From NCBI GenBank assembly GCA_002392645.1, contig DGHL01000040.1:17906-81905 (forward strand): DNA of 64,000 nt, in the 5' to 3' direction. Below are positions 8,956-17,433 of the stretch, in pieces. The stretch comes from Prevotellaceae bacterium UBA3849 (GTDB lineage: Bacteria; Bacteroidota; Bacteroidia; Bacteroidales; Bacteroidaceae). The notes under the pieces were generated by a model that saw only the letters and a list, made by a program, of their open reading frames with translations, ran no database searches and was not told the origin of the DNA. How positions within the stretch are numbered: the stretch's first letter is position 1; every line of letters begins with the position of its first letter. A program made the position numbers and the translations under genes.

Positions 8956-10260
8956 ATGGAAGAAATACCGGTTATACAGATATATCTGTGGGGCAACCTC
9001 GTAGGAGCCATGTCGTGGGATGATGAAAGAGGATATGCAGATTTCCAGTTTGATGACCGCTTTCGCAGGTCAGGCTTGGACATCGCCCCACTGATGATGC
9101 CATTGGCAAGAACCCGTGGCGTTGTCTCGTTCCCCACAAATGCAAGAACGAAGTGTTTCAGCGGTCTTCCTGGTTTGATAGCTGATGCCCTCCCAGATAA
9201 GTTTGGTAGCCAACTTATCACAGAATGGTTCGCCCAACAAGGTAAAACGGAGAGTATGATTACTCCGCTTGACCGATTGTGCTACGTAGGCAAACGAGCC
9301 ATGGGTGCCCTGGAGTTTGTGCCTGCTGCCAATGTGGAGGGCGTAAACGAATCGACTGAAATCTATATTCGGGAACTGATGGCCTTGTCTGATTCCATCT
9401 TCAAGGAGCGGAGCATGTTTCAAGAACTGATTCGCCAGAACGACAAGTCGATTCTCGACATCCTTAAAGTCGGAACATCTGCTGGCGGTGCAAAGCCCAA
9501 GGCGATTATTGCCTTCAAAGAAGAAACTGGAGAAGTGCGTTCAGGCCAGGTTCCTGCACCAGAAGGATTTTCATATTGGCTATTGAAGTTTGATGGAGGC
9601 ACATATAGCGAACATAATGAGATAACCGATAATCCGCAAGGCATCGGAAACATAGAATATGCCTACTACAGGATGGCTACTGCCTGCGGCATCACCATGT
9701 CGGAGTGTCGACTATTGCCGGAAGGGGACTGCAACCACTTTATGACACGCCGTTTCGACAGAACACCGTCAGGTGAGAAAATCCATATGCAGACAGCTGC
9801 TGGTATTGCTCATCTGGACAGAGACGTGCGCCATTCATATGAAGAACTTTTTGGCGTATTACGCCGATTAGGACTGAACTACAAAGACTTCGAGCAGTTG
9901 TATCGTCGCATGGTGTTCAATGTTATCGCACGCAACCACGATGACCATACTAAGAACTTTTCATTTCTCATGGACAAGACTGGTAAATGGTCGTTTGCCC
10001 CGGCTTATGACTTATGCTACTCCTACAATCCTGCAGGACGATGGACAAGTCGTCACCAGCTTTCACTCAACAGCAAGACCGACGACTTCACTCGGGAGGA
10101 CTTCTTGGCTGTAGCAAAGAACATCGGCATACGTGATGCCAACCACATCATTGAGGAGGTTCGTTCATCTGTAGCATCTTGGCCTGATACAGCTAAAGAC
10201 TGCGGTGTAAGACCGGAGCATATAGAGTCTGTCAGCAAGACACTCCTGCTGAATATCTAA
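8956..10260 (+). CDS. hipA: HipA-family Ser/Thr kinase toxin
   Basis: N-terminal HipA_N (DALPDKFG), P-loop GTSAGGAKPK, WLLKFD, RRFDR, catalytic N.DDH.KNFSF and PAYD. Confidence 0.93.
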   Translation: MEEIPVIQIYLWGNLVGAMSWDDERGYADFQFDDRFRRSGLDIAPLMMPLARTRGVVSFPTNARTKCFSGLPGLIADALPDKFGSQLITEWFAQQGKTESMITPLDRLCYVGKRAMGALEFVPAANVEGVNESTEIYIRELMALSDSIFKERSMFQELIRQNDKSILDILKVGTSAGGAKPKAIIAFKEETGEVRSGQVPAPEGFSYWLLKFDGGTYSEHNEITDNPQGIGNIEYAYYRMATACGITMSECRLLPEGDCNHFMTRRFDRTPSGEKIHMQTAAGIAHLDRDVRHSYEELFGVLRRLGLNYKDFEQLYRRMVFNVIARNHDDHTKNFSFLMDKTGKWSFAPAYDLCYSYNPAGRWTSRHQLSLNSKTDDFTREDFLAVAKNIGIRDANHIIEEVRSSVASWPDTAKDCGVRPEHIESVSKTLLLNI

Positions 10261-10265
10261 GAATA

Positions 10266-10295
10266 ATCTCGCCGTTGAAAAAAGAAAGTGAAAGG
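10266..10295 (+). repeat. 30-bp direct repeat, right copy
   Basis: Identical to 8486-8515; begins 5 bp after the hipA stop. Confidence 0.92.
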
Positions 10296-10443
10296 ACTGG
10301 CAGGCTTGAATAGAATATGGCGCAGTTAGTAGAATCCTACCTAATGAAAACGTGGCGTAAAATGGCTTCTGTTTTGGCTTGATGGAAATCATGTCAGTGG
10401 AGATATAGAACAATGTTAAAATCGTGAGTTTTCTTGTTTGACG

Positions 10444-10528
10444 GTAAAAGCTATCATATTACATTGTAAAAGCTATCATATTACCAGGTGATGTGATACG
10501 TTTTACTCGGTAAAAGCTATGCTTTTAC
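10444..10528. repeat. 22-bp-period array of the 19-bp quasi-palindrome GTAAAAGCTATCATATTAC, copy 1 (4 units)
   Basis: Units start at 10444, 10466, 10488 (inverted, degenerate) and 10510, with 3-nt linkers. Confidence 0.85.
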
Positions 10529-10533
10529 AACAT

Positions 10534-10581
10534 AAAAAGGCGTGTTTCAGCATCAAAAAGATGGTGAAACACGCCTTTTTT
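10534..10581. terminator. Bidirectional terminator hairpin between convergent hipA and tyrA
   Basis: AAAAAGGCGTGTTTCA...TGAAACACGCCTTTTTT. Confidence 0.75.
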
Positions 10582-10756
10582 GCGTATCTTCAAAAAACTG
10601 GAGAAATGCCGACCTCTCAAAACTCGTTTCAAGGTGTCTCTGTCGCATTGTGACCCCATTGTGGGGTGCCAGTCCACCGATATTGAAATAGTTGCTTAGA
10701 ATGAGTTTTCTGAAAAGTGGAGAAATACGACAATTTCCCGATGTCAGTTTCAGGTG

Positions 10757-11551
10757 TTATTTCAGTGCCTCGACGTCGCGTTTTACGTTGGAGCGAATCT
10801 TGGTGAGATACTGCTTCATCTTTTTCGCATCCTTGTTGTCGATGATTTCGAGTAGTTCCTTGAGCTCGGCACGTATCTGGTCAACCTGGTCATGGGTGTA
10901 TGGGTTGAACAGTACCTCCTGCAGCAGGTAGTCGTCCTCGTTGAGCACACCCTTGGCAATGCGCAGGTGGCGCTTGAAGGTGGTGCCCGGTGCATCCTGG
11001 TGCTTCATCACGGCAGAGAAGACGAAGGTTGACACGAACGGGATAGACAGTGAGTATGCCACAGTCTTGTCGTGCTCCTCGAAGGTGTACTCGTAGATGT
11101 TGAGGTCGAGACGGCTGTAGAGATCCTTGAAGAAGCAGCGCCCCATGTAGTCGCCTTCGCTGATGATGATGGCATTCTCCTCAGACAGTTGGTTGAGGTT
11201 GGCAAAGGTAGGACCGAACATAGGGTGGGTGCTGACATAGCGCTTGCCTGTCTGCTCATAGAACTCCTTCAGTCCTGTCTTTACCGATGCGATGTCGCTC
11301 AGTATTACGTTGTCTGTCAGGTAAGGCAATACCTCGTTGAATGCCGGTATGGTATATTTCACCGTTGCAGCGTTGATGACCAATTCGGGCTGGAAGTTGC
11401 GTACCTCCTCAAGGTCGGTAAAGCGCTGACAGTTGTATGTGAAACGCATGCGACGTGGGTCTTTCTCATACACGCCGACTTCGTGGTCGAAACTCAGCAG
11501 GTCAATGAAGAAGGACCCCATCTTGCCTGCTCCAAGAATTAATATTTTCAC
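10757..11551 (-). CDS. tyrA: Prephenate dehydrogenase
   Basis: Rossmann GAGKMG, DIASVK and HPMFGP motifs; lies in the Phe/Tyr operon. Confidence 0.92.
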   Translation of the reverse strand: MKILILGAGKMGSFFIDLLSFDHEVGVYEKDPRRMRFTYNCQRFTDLEEVRNFQPELVINAATVKYTIPAFNEVLPYLTDNVILSDIASVKTGLKEFYEQTGKRYVSTHPMFGPTFANLNQLSEENAIIISEGDYMGRCFFKDLYSRLDLNIYEYTFEEHDKTVAYSLSIPFVSTFVFSAVMKHQDAPGTTFKRHLRIAKGVLNEDDYLLQEVLFNPYTHDQVDQIRAELKELLEIIDNKDAKKMKQYLTKIRSNVKRDVEALK

Positions 11552-11569
11552 TTCGCTAATGTTTTAAAA

Positions 11570-11668
11570 AAATTGAAGAATTGAAAAATTGAAGCATCGA
11601 AAAATTGAAGTTCTAATCGAAAAGACTTCTTCACTTCTTCACTTCTTCAACTCTTCAATTTTTCAATC
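11570..11668. repeat. Intergenic 8-mer tandem repeats arranged as inverted arms (TTGAAGAA-like, then TTCTTCAC/TTCTTCAA)
   Basis: Directly visible between tyrA and the DAHP synthase gene; the two arms are complementary. Confidence 0.7.
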
Positions 11669-11673
11669 CTTAT

Positions 11674-12738
11674 TTACTGGTTTACTATCTCTACCTGCTG
11701 GCGCACTGACTCTTCGTGAATGTGCTCAAATACTTGCTTCACGAATTCTGGACTCATGCCAGTGAGTGAACCCTGTACGCCGCGCTTGTCAAGAATCTCG
11801 TTGTAGCGTCCGGTCTGCAGCACCTGCATGTTATGCTCCTTCTTGTACTGGCCAATCTCGCGGCATACGCGCATGCGCTTTGCAAGAAGGTCCATCAGTT
11901 CGTTGTCAATCTTGTCGATCTGCTGGCGCAACAGCTTTATGCCCTCAGTGGTATAAGTGTTGTCACGAGCTACGAGCATGCCGACGATGTAGTCGGCAAC
12001 CTCAGGCGTAACCTGCTGCTTGGCATCGCTCCATGCCTTGTCAGGGTCGCAGTGTGACTCAATCATCAGTCCGTCGAAACCGAGGTCGAGTGCCTGCTGT
12101 GACAGAGGTGCGATGAGTTCGCGCTTACCACCCATGTGTGAAGGGTCGCAGACGATAGGCAGTTCTGGAATGCGGCGACGCAGTTCGATAGGAATCTGCC
12201 ACATTGGTGCGTTGCGGTACATGGTCTTGTCGAAAGAAGAGAAACCACGGTGTATGGCAGCCAGCTTCTTGACACCGGCCTGGTTGATGCGCTCCAATGC
12301 GCCAATCCACAGCTCGAGGTCAGGGTTCACAGGGTTCTTGACGAAGACAGGTATGTCGAGGCCCTTCATAGAGTCGGCTAGTTGCTGCATGGCGAAAGGG
12401 TTAGCTGATGTGCGTGCACCGATCCACAGTATGTCGAGTCCGTATTTCATGCAGAGCTCCACGTGTTCAGGTGTAGCCACCTCGGTGCCGATGAGCATGC
12501 CGGTTTCTTTCTTCACTTCCGCCATCCACTCGAGGGCAGGTTCTCCGTGACCTTCGAAGCCTCCTGGCTTGGTACGTGGCTTCCATACTCCGGCACGGAA
12601 CATGTGGCAACCCTTTATGGCGAGTTGCTTCGCAGTTGTCATTACTTGCTCTTCTGTCTCGGCAGAGCATGGGCCGGCGATAACGAATGGTCGTTTGCTG
12701 TCACTTGGCAGATTGAGTGCCTCTAATTCTAATTCCAT
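11674..12738 (-). CDS. Bifunctional DAHP synthase / chorismate mutase
   Basis: IAGPCSAE, KPRTKP, WIGAR and DPSH motifs; C-terminal AroQ-like LRQQIDKID...LAKR domain. Confidence 0.92.
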   Translation of the reverse strand: MELELEALNLPSDSKRPFVIAGPCSAETEEQVMTTAKQLAIKGCHMFRAGVWKPRTKPGGFEGHGEPALEWMAEVKKETGMLIGTEVATPEHVELCMKYGLDILWIGARTSANPFAMQQLADSMKGLDIPVFVKNPVNPDLELWIGALERINQAGVKKLAAIHRGFSSFDKTMYRNAPMWQIPIELRRRIPELPIVCDPSHMGGKRELIAPLSQQALDLGFDGLMIESHCDPDKAWSDAKQQVTPEVADYIVGMLVARDNTYTTEGIKLLRQQIDKIDNELMDLLAKRMRVCREIGQYKKEHNMQVLQTGRYNEILDKRGVQGSLTGMSPEFVKQVFEHIHEESVRQQVEIVNQ

Positions 12739-12829
12739 AATTGCGTTATATGTGTTTGATGCTTTTTATAGCTGATTAATATATTCTTATGTTGTTCTCT
12801 AAAATACGAATTGCATGAATTGTTGATTT

Positions 12830-13999
12830 TCAATTTTTCAATCCTTCAATCCTCCTAAGCGCTTCGCGTATCTTGTCGTCCTTGGCGCATAGTGATATGC
12901 GGATGTAGCGCTCGCCGTTAGAACCGAAGATGAAGCCAGGCGTGATGAATACGCGAGCCTCGTGAAGAATCTTTTCTGTAAGTTCCTCGCATGTCTTGTA
13001 ATGATCGGGAATGCGTCCCCACAGGAACATGCCCACAGACTTCTTGTCGTATTTACATTCCAGCACGTCCATTATCTTTTCTGCAATCTCGCGGCGGCGA
13101 CGGTAGTTCTCAAAGTTGTTTTCGCGATGCCACTCGTCATCGTTGTCGTATGCGGCAGCGGCAGCAAGCTGTATGCCTCGGAACGTGCCGGAGTCGATGT
13201 TTGACTTTATCTTTAATATCCACTGAATGAACTGGCTGTTTGTTGCCACCATGCCTACGCGCCAGCCTGGCATGTTATGACTCTTCGACATTGAGTTGAA
13301 CTCGATACAGCACTCTTTGGCTCCTTCTACCTGCAGAATGGACTGAGGGTTGTCGTTGAGGATGAGCGAGTAAGGGTTGTCGTTAACTATCACGATGTTA
13401 TGTTCGCGTGCAAACTTTACCAGCTTCTCGTATGTCTCGCGACGTGCATTGCCACCAGTCGGCATGTTAGGGTAGTTGGTCCACATCAGTTTCACACGGC
13501 TGAGGTCCATCTTCTCCAGGGCTTCAAAGTCGGGTTGCCAGTCATTGCTCTCCAACAGGTCGTAATTCACAATCTTCTGTCCGAGTATCTTTGACAGTGA
13601 AGTGTAGGTAGGATAACCGGGATTAGGAACGAGGACTTCGTCTCCTGGGTTACAGAGTGCAAGTGTGACGTGAAGAATAGCCTCCTTAGAACCTATCATT
13701 GGTTGAATCTCGGTAGCAGGGTCAAGTTCTACGTTGTACCAACGCTTGTAGAAACCTGCCATGGCCTTGCGCAGTTCAGGTGTACCCACCGTAGGCTGGT
13801 AACCGTGTGCGTTAGGGTCGTATGCTACCTTGCAAAGTTTTTCGACAGTGGCGCTTGACGGCGGCATGTCAGGTGAACCGATGGCGAGTGAGATGATGTC
13901 CTTGCCCTCAGCATTGAGTTTTGCTACCTCTTTCAGTTTGCGACTGAAGTAATATTCTTGTACCGTAGAAAGACGGTCGGCTGGCTGTATGTTGTACAT
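12830..13999 (-). CDS. PLP-dependent class I/II aminotransferase (probably for aromatic amino acids, from operon context)
   Basis: NYPNMPTG, DNPY and SMSKSHNMPGWRVG motifs. Confidence 0.88.
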   Translation of the reverse strand: MYNIQPADRLSTVQEYYFSRKLKEVAKLNAEGKDIISLAIGSPDMPPSSATVEKLCKVAYDPNAHGYQPTVGTPELRKAMAGFYKRWYNVELDPATEIQPMIGSKEAILHVTLALCNPGDEVLVPNPGYPTYTSLSKILGQKIVNYDLLESNDWQPDFEALEKMDLSRVKLMWTNYPNMPTGGNARRETYEKLVKFAREHNIVIVNDNPYSLILNDNPQSILQVEGAKECCIEFNSMSKSHNMPGWRVGMVATNSQFIQWILKIKSNIDSGTFRGIQLAAAAAYDNDDEWHRENNFENYRRRREIAEKIMDVLECKYDKKSVGMFLWGRIPDHYKTCEELTEKILHEARVFITPGFIFGSNGERYIRISLCAKDDKIREALRRIEGLKN

Positions 14000-14014
14000 G
14001 TAAGTTATGAGTTT

Positions 14015-14047
14015 AGACCCACCCTAGCCCTCCCTGTGAGGGAGGGA
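14015..14047. repeat. REP-like palindrome AGACCCACC..CCCTCCCTGT(G/A)AGGGAGGG, copy 1
   Basis: Related copies at 25424-25460 and 41655-41674; embedded in heptamer repeats. Confidence 0.75.
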
Positions 14048-14106
14048 ACCGTAGGCGAAGGGCAGTTTTAGTAAGTTATGAGTTCTGAATTATTATGCAT
14101 TATCGA

Positions 14107-14937
14107 CTACGCCGAGCGATATTCTCCTAATATAATAAGGTCGCGTGTAAGTGGCGTGATGGCATCGATGCTCTGGCGGTAACGTGTGAGGTCATCGTAG
14201 GTGACGTCAACGTAGAAGAGGTATTCCCATTCCTTGCCGATGATTGGCAGTGACTGAATCTTTGTGAGGTTTATCTTGTAGAAAGACAGAATTGATAGAA
14301 CCTGTGACAGAGAGCCTTCTTCGTGTGGCAGTGAAAAGACAATGCTTGCCTTGTCGGCTTCGTTCTGTGCGCGGAGGAAATCAGCCTTCCTCGGGTCGCT
14401 CATGATGAGGAAACGGGTGTAGTTGTGCGGATTGTCCTCAATGTGATTCTCCAATACTTCCAGTCCATACATTGCAGCTGCGTCAGCATGACAGATTGCT
14501 GCTACTCCGGTAAGGCCTTTCTCTGCAATCTCCTTGGCAGAACCTGCGGTGTCTTCAGCCTCGACCATCTTGAGGTTCTGATGGCGGCTGAGATAATGCT
14601 GGCACTGCATGAGGGCTACGGGATGTGTGTGAACCTCGCTGAGCTCGTCGAGTGACTGGCCTGGCAATGCGCAGATGCAGTGGCTGATGTGTGTCTTGTA
14701 TTCGCCCACTACGGTCATGCCTGACTCGCGCAACAGTTCATAGTTGTGAAGCAGTGAACCTGCAATGGTGTTCTCTATTGCCATGATACCGATGACGGTA
14801 GGGTCTTGCTTCATGTTCTGAATCACGTCCTCGAACGTAGAGCAGCAGATGATTTGCAACTGGTCACCTTCGAAGCTATGACGTGCTGTGATGTCGTGGA
14901 AACTTCCGAGCTCTCCTTGTATTGCTATTCTCTTCAT
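14107..14937 (-). CDS. pheA: Prephenate dehydratase
   Basis: IAIQG..GSFH, IENTIAGS and NYTRF motifs; ACT domain with INLTKIQSLP. Confidence 0.93.
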   Translation of the reverse strand: MKRIAIQGELGSFHDITARHSFEGDQLQIICCSTFEDVIQNMKQDPTVIGIMAIENTIAGSLLHNYELLRESGMTVVGEYKTHISHCICALPGQSLDELSEVHTHPVALMQCQHYLSRHQNLKMVEAEDTAGSAKEIAEKGLTGVAAICHADAAAMYGLEVLENHIEDNPHNYTRFLIMSDPRKADFLRAQNEADKASIVFSLPHEEGSLSQVLSILSFYKINLTKIQSLPIIGKEWEYLFYVDVTYDDLTRYRQSIDAITPLTRDLIILGEYRSA

Positions 14938-14960
14938 ATCTTATTGTTTGATTGCCATCT

Positions 14961-15000
14961 AAAAGAAAATCCCGCGTAGTATTTTATTACTATGCGGGAC
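14961..15000 (-). terminator. Attenuator terminator upstream of pheA
   Basis: Minus strand reads GTCCCGCATAGTA-ATAAAA-TACTACGCGGGA-TTTTCTTTT. Confidence 0.8.
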
Positions 15001-15043
15001 CTTGCAATTTATCTTTTCTTGCCTTAATCTTTTAAGTTGAACT

Positions 15044-15115
15044 TTACACGCAACTTCCCGCTTCACAGTGCCCTGCAAAGTAAAAGTAGAAGTAATATGC
15101 GTAGAAATTGTTCAT
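15044..15115 (-). CDS. Phe/Tyr-rich leader peptide MNNFYAYYFYFYFAGHCEAGSCV (transcription attenuator)
   Basis: Hand translation; 9 of 10 consecutive codons are Phe or Tyr. It lies between a TACCTTTG promoter (about 15147-15154) and a terminator upstream of pheA. Confidence 0.88.
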   Translation of the reverse strand: MNNFYAYYFYFYFAGHCEAGSCV

Positions 15116-15206
15116 CGTTATTTACGTTTTGTCATAAAATCGAGTGCAAAGGTAGCAATTTATCTTGAAACTGCCAAAAAAATCTGACGTTTTTTTATTT
15201 TACTCG

Positions 15207-16814
15207 TTAATTTTTTACATTTTTCTCATAAAAAGCCTTTAAAGCAGCTTTTATGGCATTGTCGTCGCGATTAAGATATTTAATCCACTCCTGTTCATTC
15301 ATTATATTATAAATGATGCGTGAATTGATATGTGTCTCAAGCAGATGGTGAGACTTTTGTATCATCAGGTTGCGGCGTTTCAGTCCATGCTTGTCAGCAT
15401 ATTCGGCAAATTGCTCTACGGTGTTTTGCTTCACCAGATGGTCTGCCAGTGACTGCATTTCCTTGAAGCTGTTAAGCTTTGGCCTGTTGTCGTCGGTGTA
15501 TGTGAAGGCAAACTGTAGTATGAGTCCTGTCATGCTTGCTTCGCGGTAGTATGATGTTACGTTGGTGGTGTCTTCTGGTATGAAGATGTCAGGCGTTATG
15601 CCGCCGCCGCCATATACTATACGTCCGCTTACCGTATGATACTGAGGACCATTGTGCTTTATGCTGTCCTCGTTGAAGAACTCACCATGCTCATAGCGTG
15701 TTATGAGGTCTTTCTGGTAGTCTTCGTCGTCACCCTTGCTGTAAGGCTTTTGTATGCAACGGCCCGAAGGAGTGTAGTAGCGTGCTACCGTAAGACGTAT
15801 CATGGAACCGTCAGGGAAGCCTATCTGCTGCTGAACGAGACCCTTGCCGAAAGAGCGACGACCGATGATGGTACCACGGTCATTGTCCTGCATTGCTCCG
15901 GCGAATATCTCGCTGGCTGATGCAGAACCCTCGTTGATGAGTACCACAAGCGGCATCTTCTGGTAGGTGCCTCTGCCGTCAGACTTATAGTCCTGACGCT
16001 GTGACTTCCTTCCTTCGGTATATACTATAAGACTGTTCTTTGGCAGGAACTCATTAGCCATCTGCACGGCAGCCTCAAGGTATCCGCCGGTATTGTCGCG
16101 AAGGTCGATGATGATGTTCTTGCAGTTGTGCGACGACAGTTCTGCGAGTGATATGAGCATATCCTCGTAGGTGTTCTCGCCAAAGTTCTTTATACGTATG
16201 TAGCCGGTATTGTCGTCTATCATGTATGATGCGGTGATACTCTTAGTCTTGACTTCACCACGTGTGATCTCAAATACCTGTTGCTTGTCAGAGCCATAAC
16301 GCAGTATGCCGACCTTGACCTTTGATTTGTCTGGACCCTTCAGGCGATGCACTGCTTCCTCGTTGGTTACGCTCTTACCTACAAATGCTTGTCCGTCAAC
16401 GCTTACTATCTTATCGCCGGCTATCAGACCAGCCTTCTGCGCAGGACCGCCCTCTATCACGTTCTGCACGTGGATAGTGTCCTCACGTATGACGAACTCT
16501 ATGCCGATGCCGAAGAAAGAACCTTTCAGGTCATCGCTGGCAGTCTGTGCGTCCTTGGCCGATATATATACGGAGTGCGGATCAAGCTCAGAGAGAATAA
16601 GCGGCATAGCCTTCTCCACAAGATCGTCGATGTTGACGGTGTCAACATACTGATCGTTGATGATGTGCAGTAGGTTGTTGAGGCGATTGGTGCCAGAGTT
16701 TATGACGTTGAGACGATTACCGGAGAAATGGTTGGCATAGAATGTGCCTATCAGTATTCCGATAACTACGCATAGCGCCATTATGAGCGGCATATATCGT
16801 GACTTTTCTTTCAT
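15207..16814 (-). CDS. S41 family C-terminal processing peptidase (CtpA/Prc-like)
   Basis: LDPHS, PDZ domain, DLRDNTGG, SASASEI and GKGLVQ motifs. Confidence 0.92.
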   Translation of the reverse strand: MKEKSRYMPLIMALCVVIGILIGTFYANHFSGNRLNVINSGTNRLNNLLHIINDQYVDTVNIDDLVEKAMPLILSELDPHSVYISAKDAQTASDDLKGSFFGIGIEFVIREDTIHVQNVIEGGPAQKAGLIAGDKIVSVDGQAFVGKSVTNEEAVHRLKGPDKSKVKVGILRYGSDKQQVFEITRGEVKTKSITASYMIDDNTGYIRIKNFGENTYEDMLISLAELSSHNCKNIIIDLRDNTGGYLEAAVQMANEFLPKNSLIVYTEGRKSQRQDYKSDGRGTYQKMPLVVLINEGSASASEIFAGAMQDNDRGTIIGRRSFGKGLVQQQIGFPDGSMIRLTVARYYTPSGRCIQKPYSKGDDEDYQKDLITRYEHGEFFNEDSIKHNGPQYHTVSGRIVYGGGGITPDIFIPEDTTNVTSYYREASMTGLILQFAFTYTDDNRPKLNSFKEMQSLADHLVKQNTVEQFAEYADKHGLKRRNLMIQKSHHLLETHINSRIIYNIMNEQEWIKYLNRDDNAIKAALKAFYEKNVKN

Positions 16815-16922
16815 AGTCTGTATTTGATGTGATGTATAGGTGGAGCCTGTTTGTTTCCACCGTAATGGATTAATTATTTATGGACCTGACGTCTTGACAT
16901 CTAAAATTAACAGAATGTACCT

Positions 16923-17348
16923 TTAATCCTCGTCAAGATTGAGCAGCACGGTTTCTATATTTGCTCTTTTTAGCAGTTGCAGTCCGTCATCAAGGCGGTA
17001 TGCCTCACCATAGACTACACGCTGTATGCCAGACTGTATTATAAGTTTTGCGCACTCTATGCATGGAGATGCCGTAACGTAGAGAGTGGCACCGTCGCTG
17101 TTGTTGTGGCTACGTGCCAACTTTGTGATGGCATTGGCCTCGGCATGCAGTACGTAAGGGAATGATACGTTGTTTTCCTCACAGATATTGTCGAATCCAC
17201 TTGGCGTGCCATTGTAGCCATCGCTTATTATCATGTGGTCCTTAACGACCAATGCTCCCACCTGGCGACGCTTGCAGTAGCTGTTTTCTGCCCAAATGCG
17301 TGCCATGCGCAAGTATTTCTTGTCTAATGCCTTTTGCTTAGAATCCAT
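16923..17348 (-). CDS. dCMP deaminase family protein
   Basis: GYNGTP, HAEANAI and SPCIEC zinc motifs. Confidence 0.92.
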   Translation of the reverse strand: MDSKQKALDKKYLRMARIWAENSYCKRRQVGALVVKDHMIISDGYNGTPSGFDNICEENNVSFPYVLHAEANAITKLARSHNNSDGATLYVTASPCIECAKLIIQSGIQRVVYGEAYRLDDGLQLLKRANIETVLLNLDED

Positions 17349-17433
17349 ACTTTCAACCGTTGTGCTTTTATAATCTTCCGTTTTGTTCAGGCGAACAGAA
17401 CTCGGAATTTCATTTCTTCAATCGTTCAATACT

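Noticed and set aside
10444-10528. 22-bp-period arrays (also 25263 and 42044) as CRISPR arrays
   Set aside because: Linkers are only 3 nt, units flip orientation, and there are no cas genes or leader.
10615-10712. Imperfect inverted repeat (AAAACTCGTTTCAAG / CTTAGAATGAGTTTT) as a MITE
   Set aside because: It is short and mismatched, occurs once in the window, and has no evident target-site duplication.
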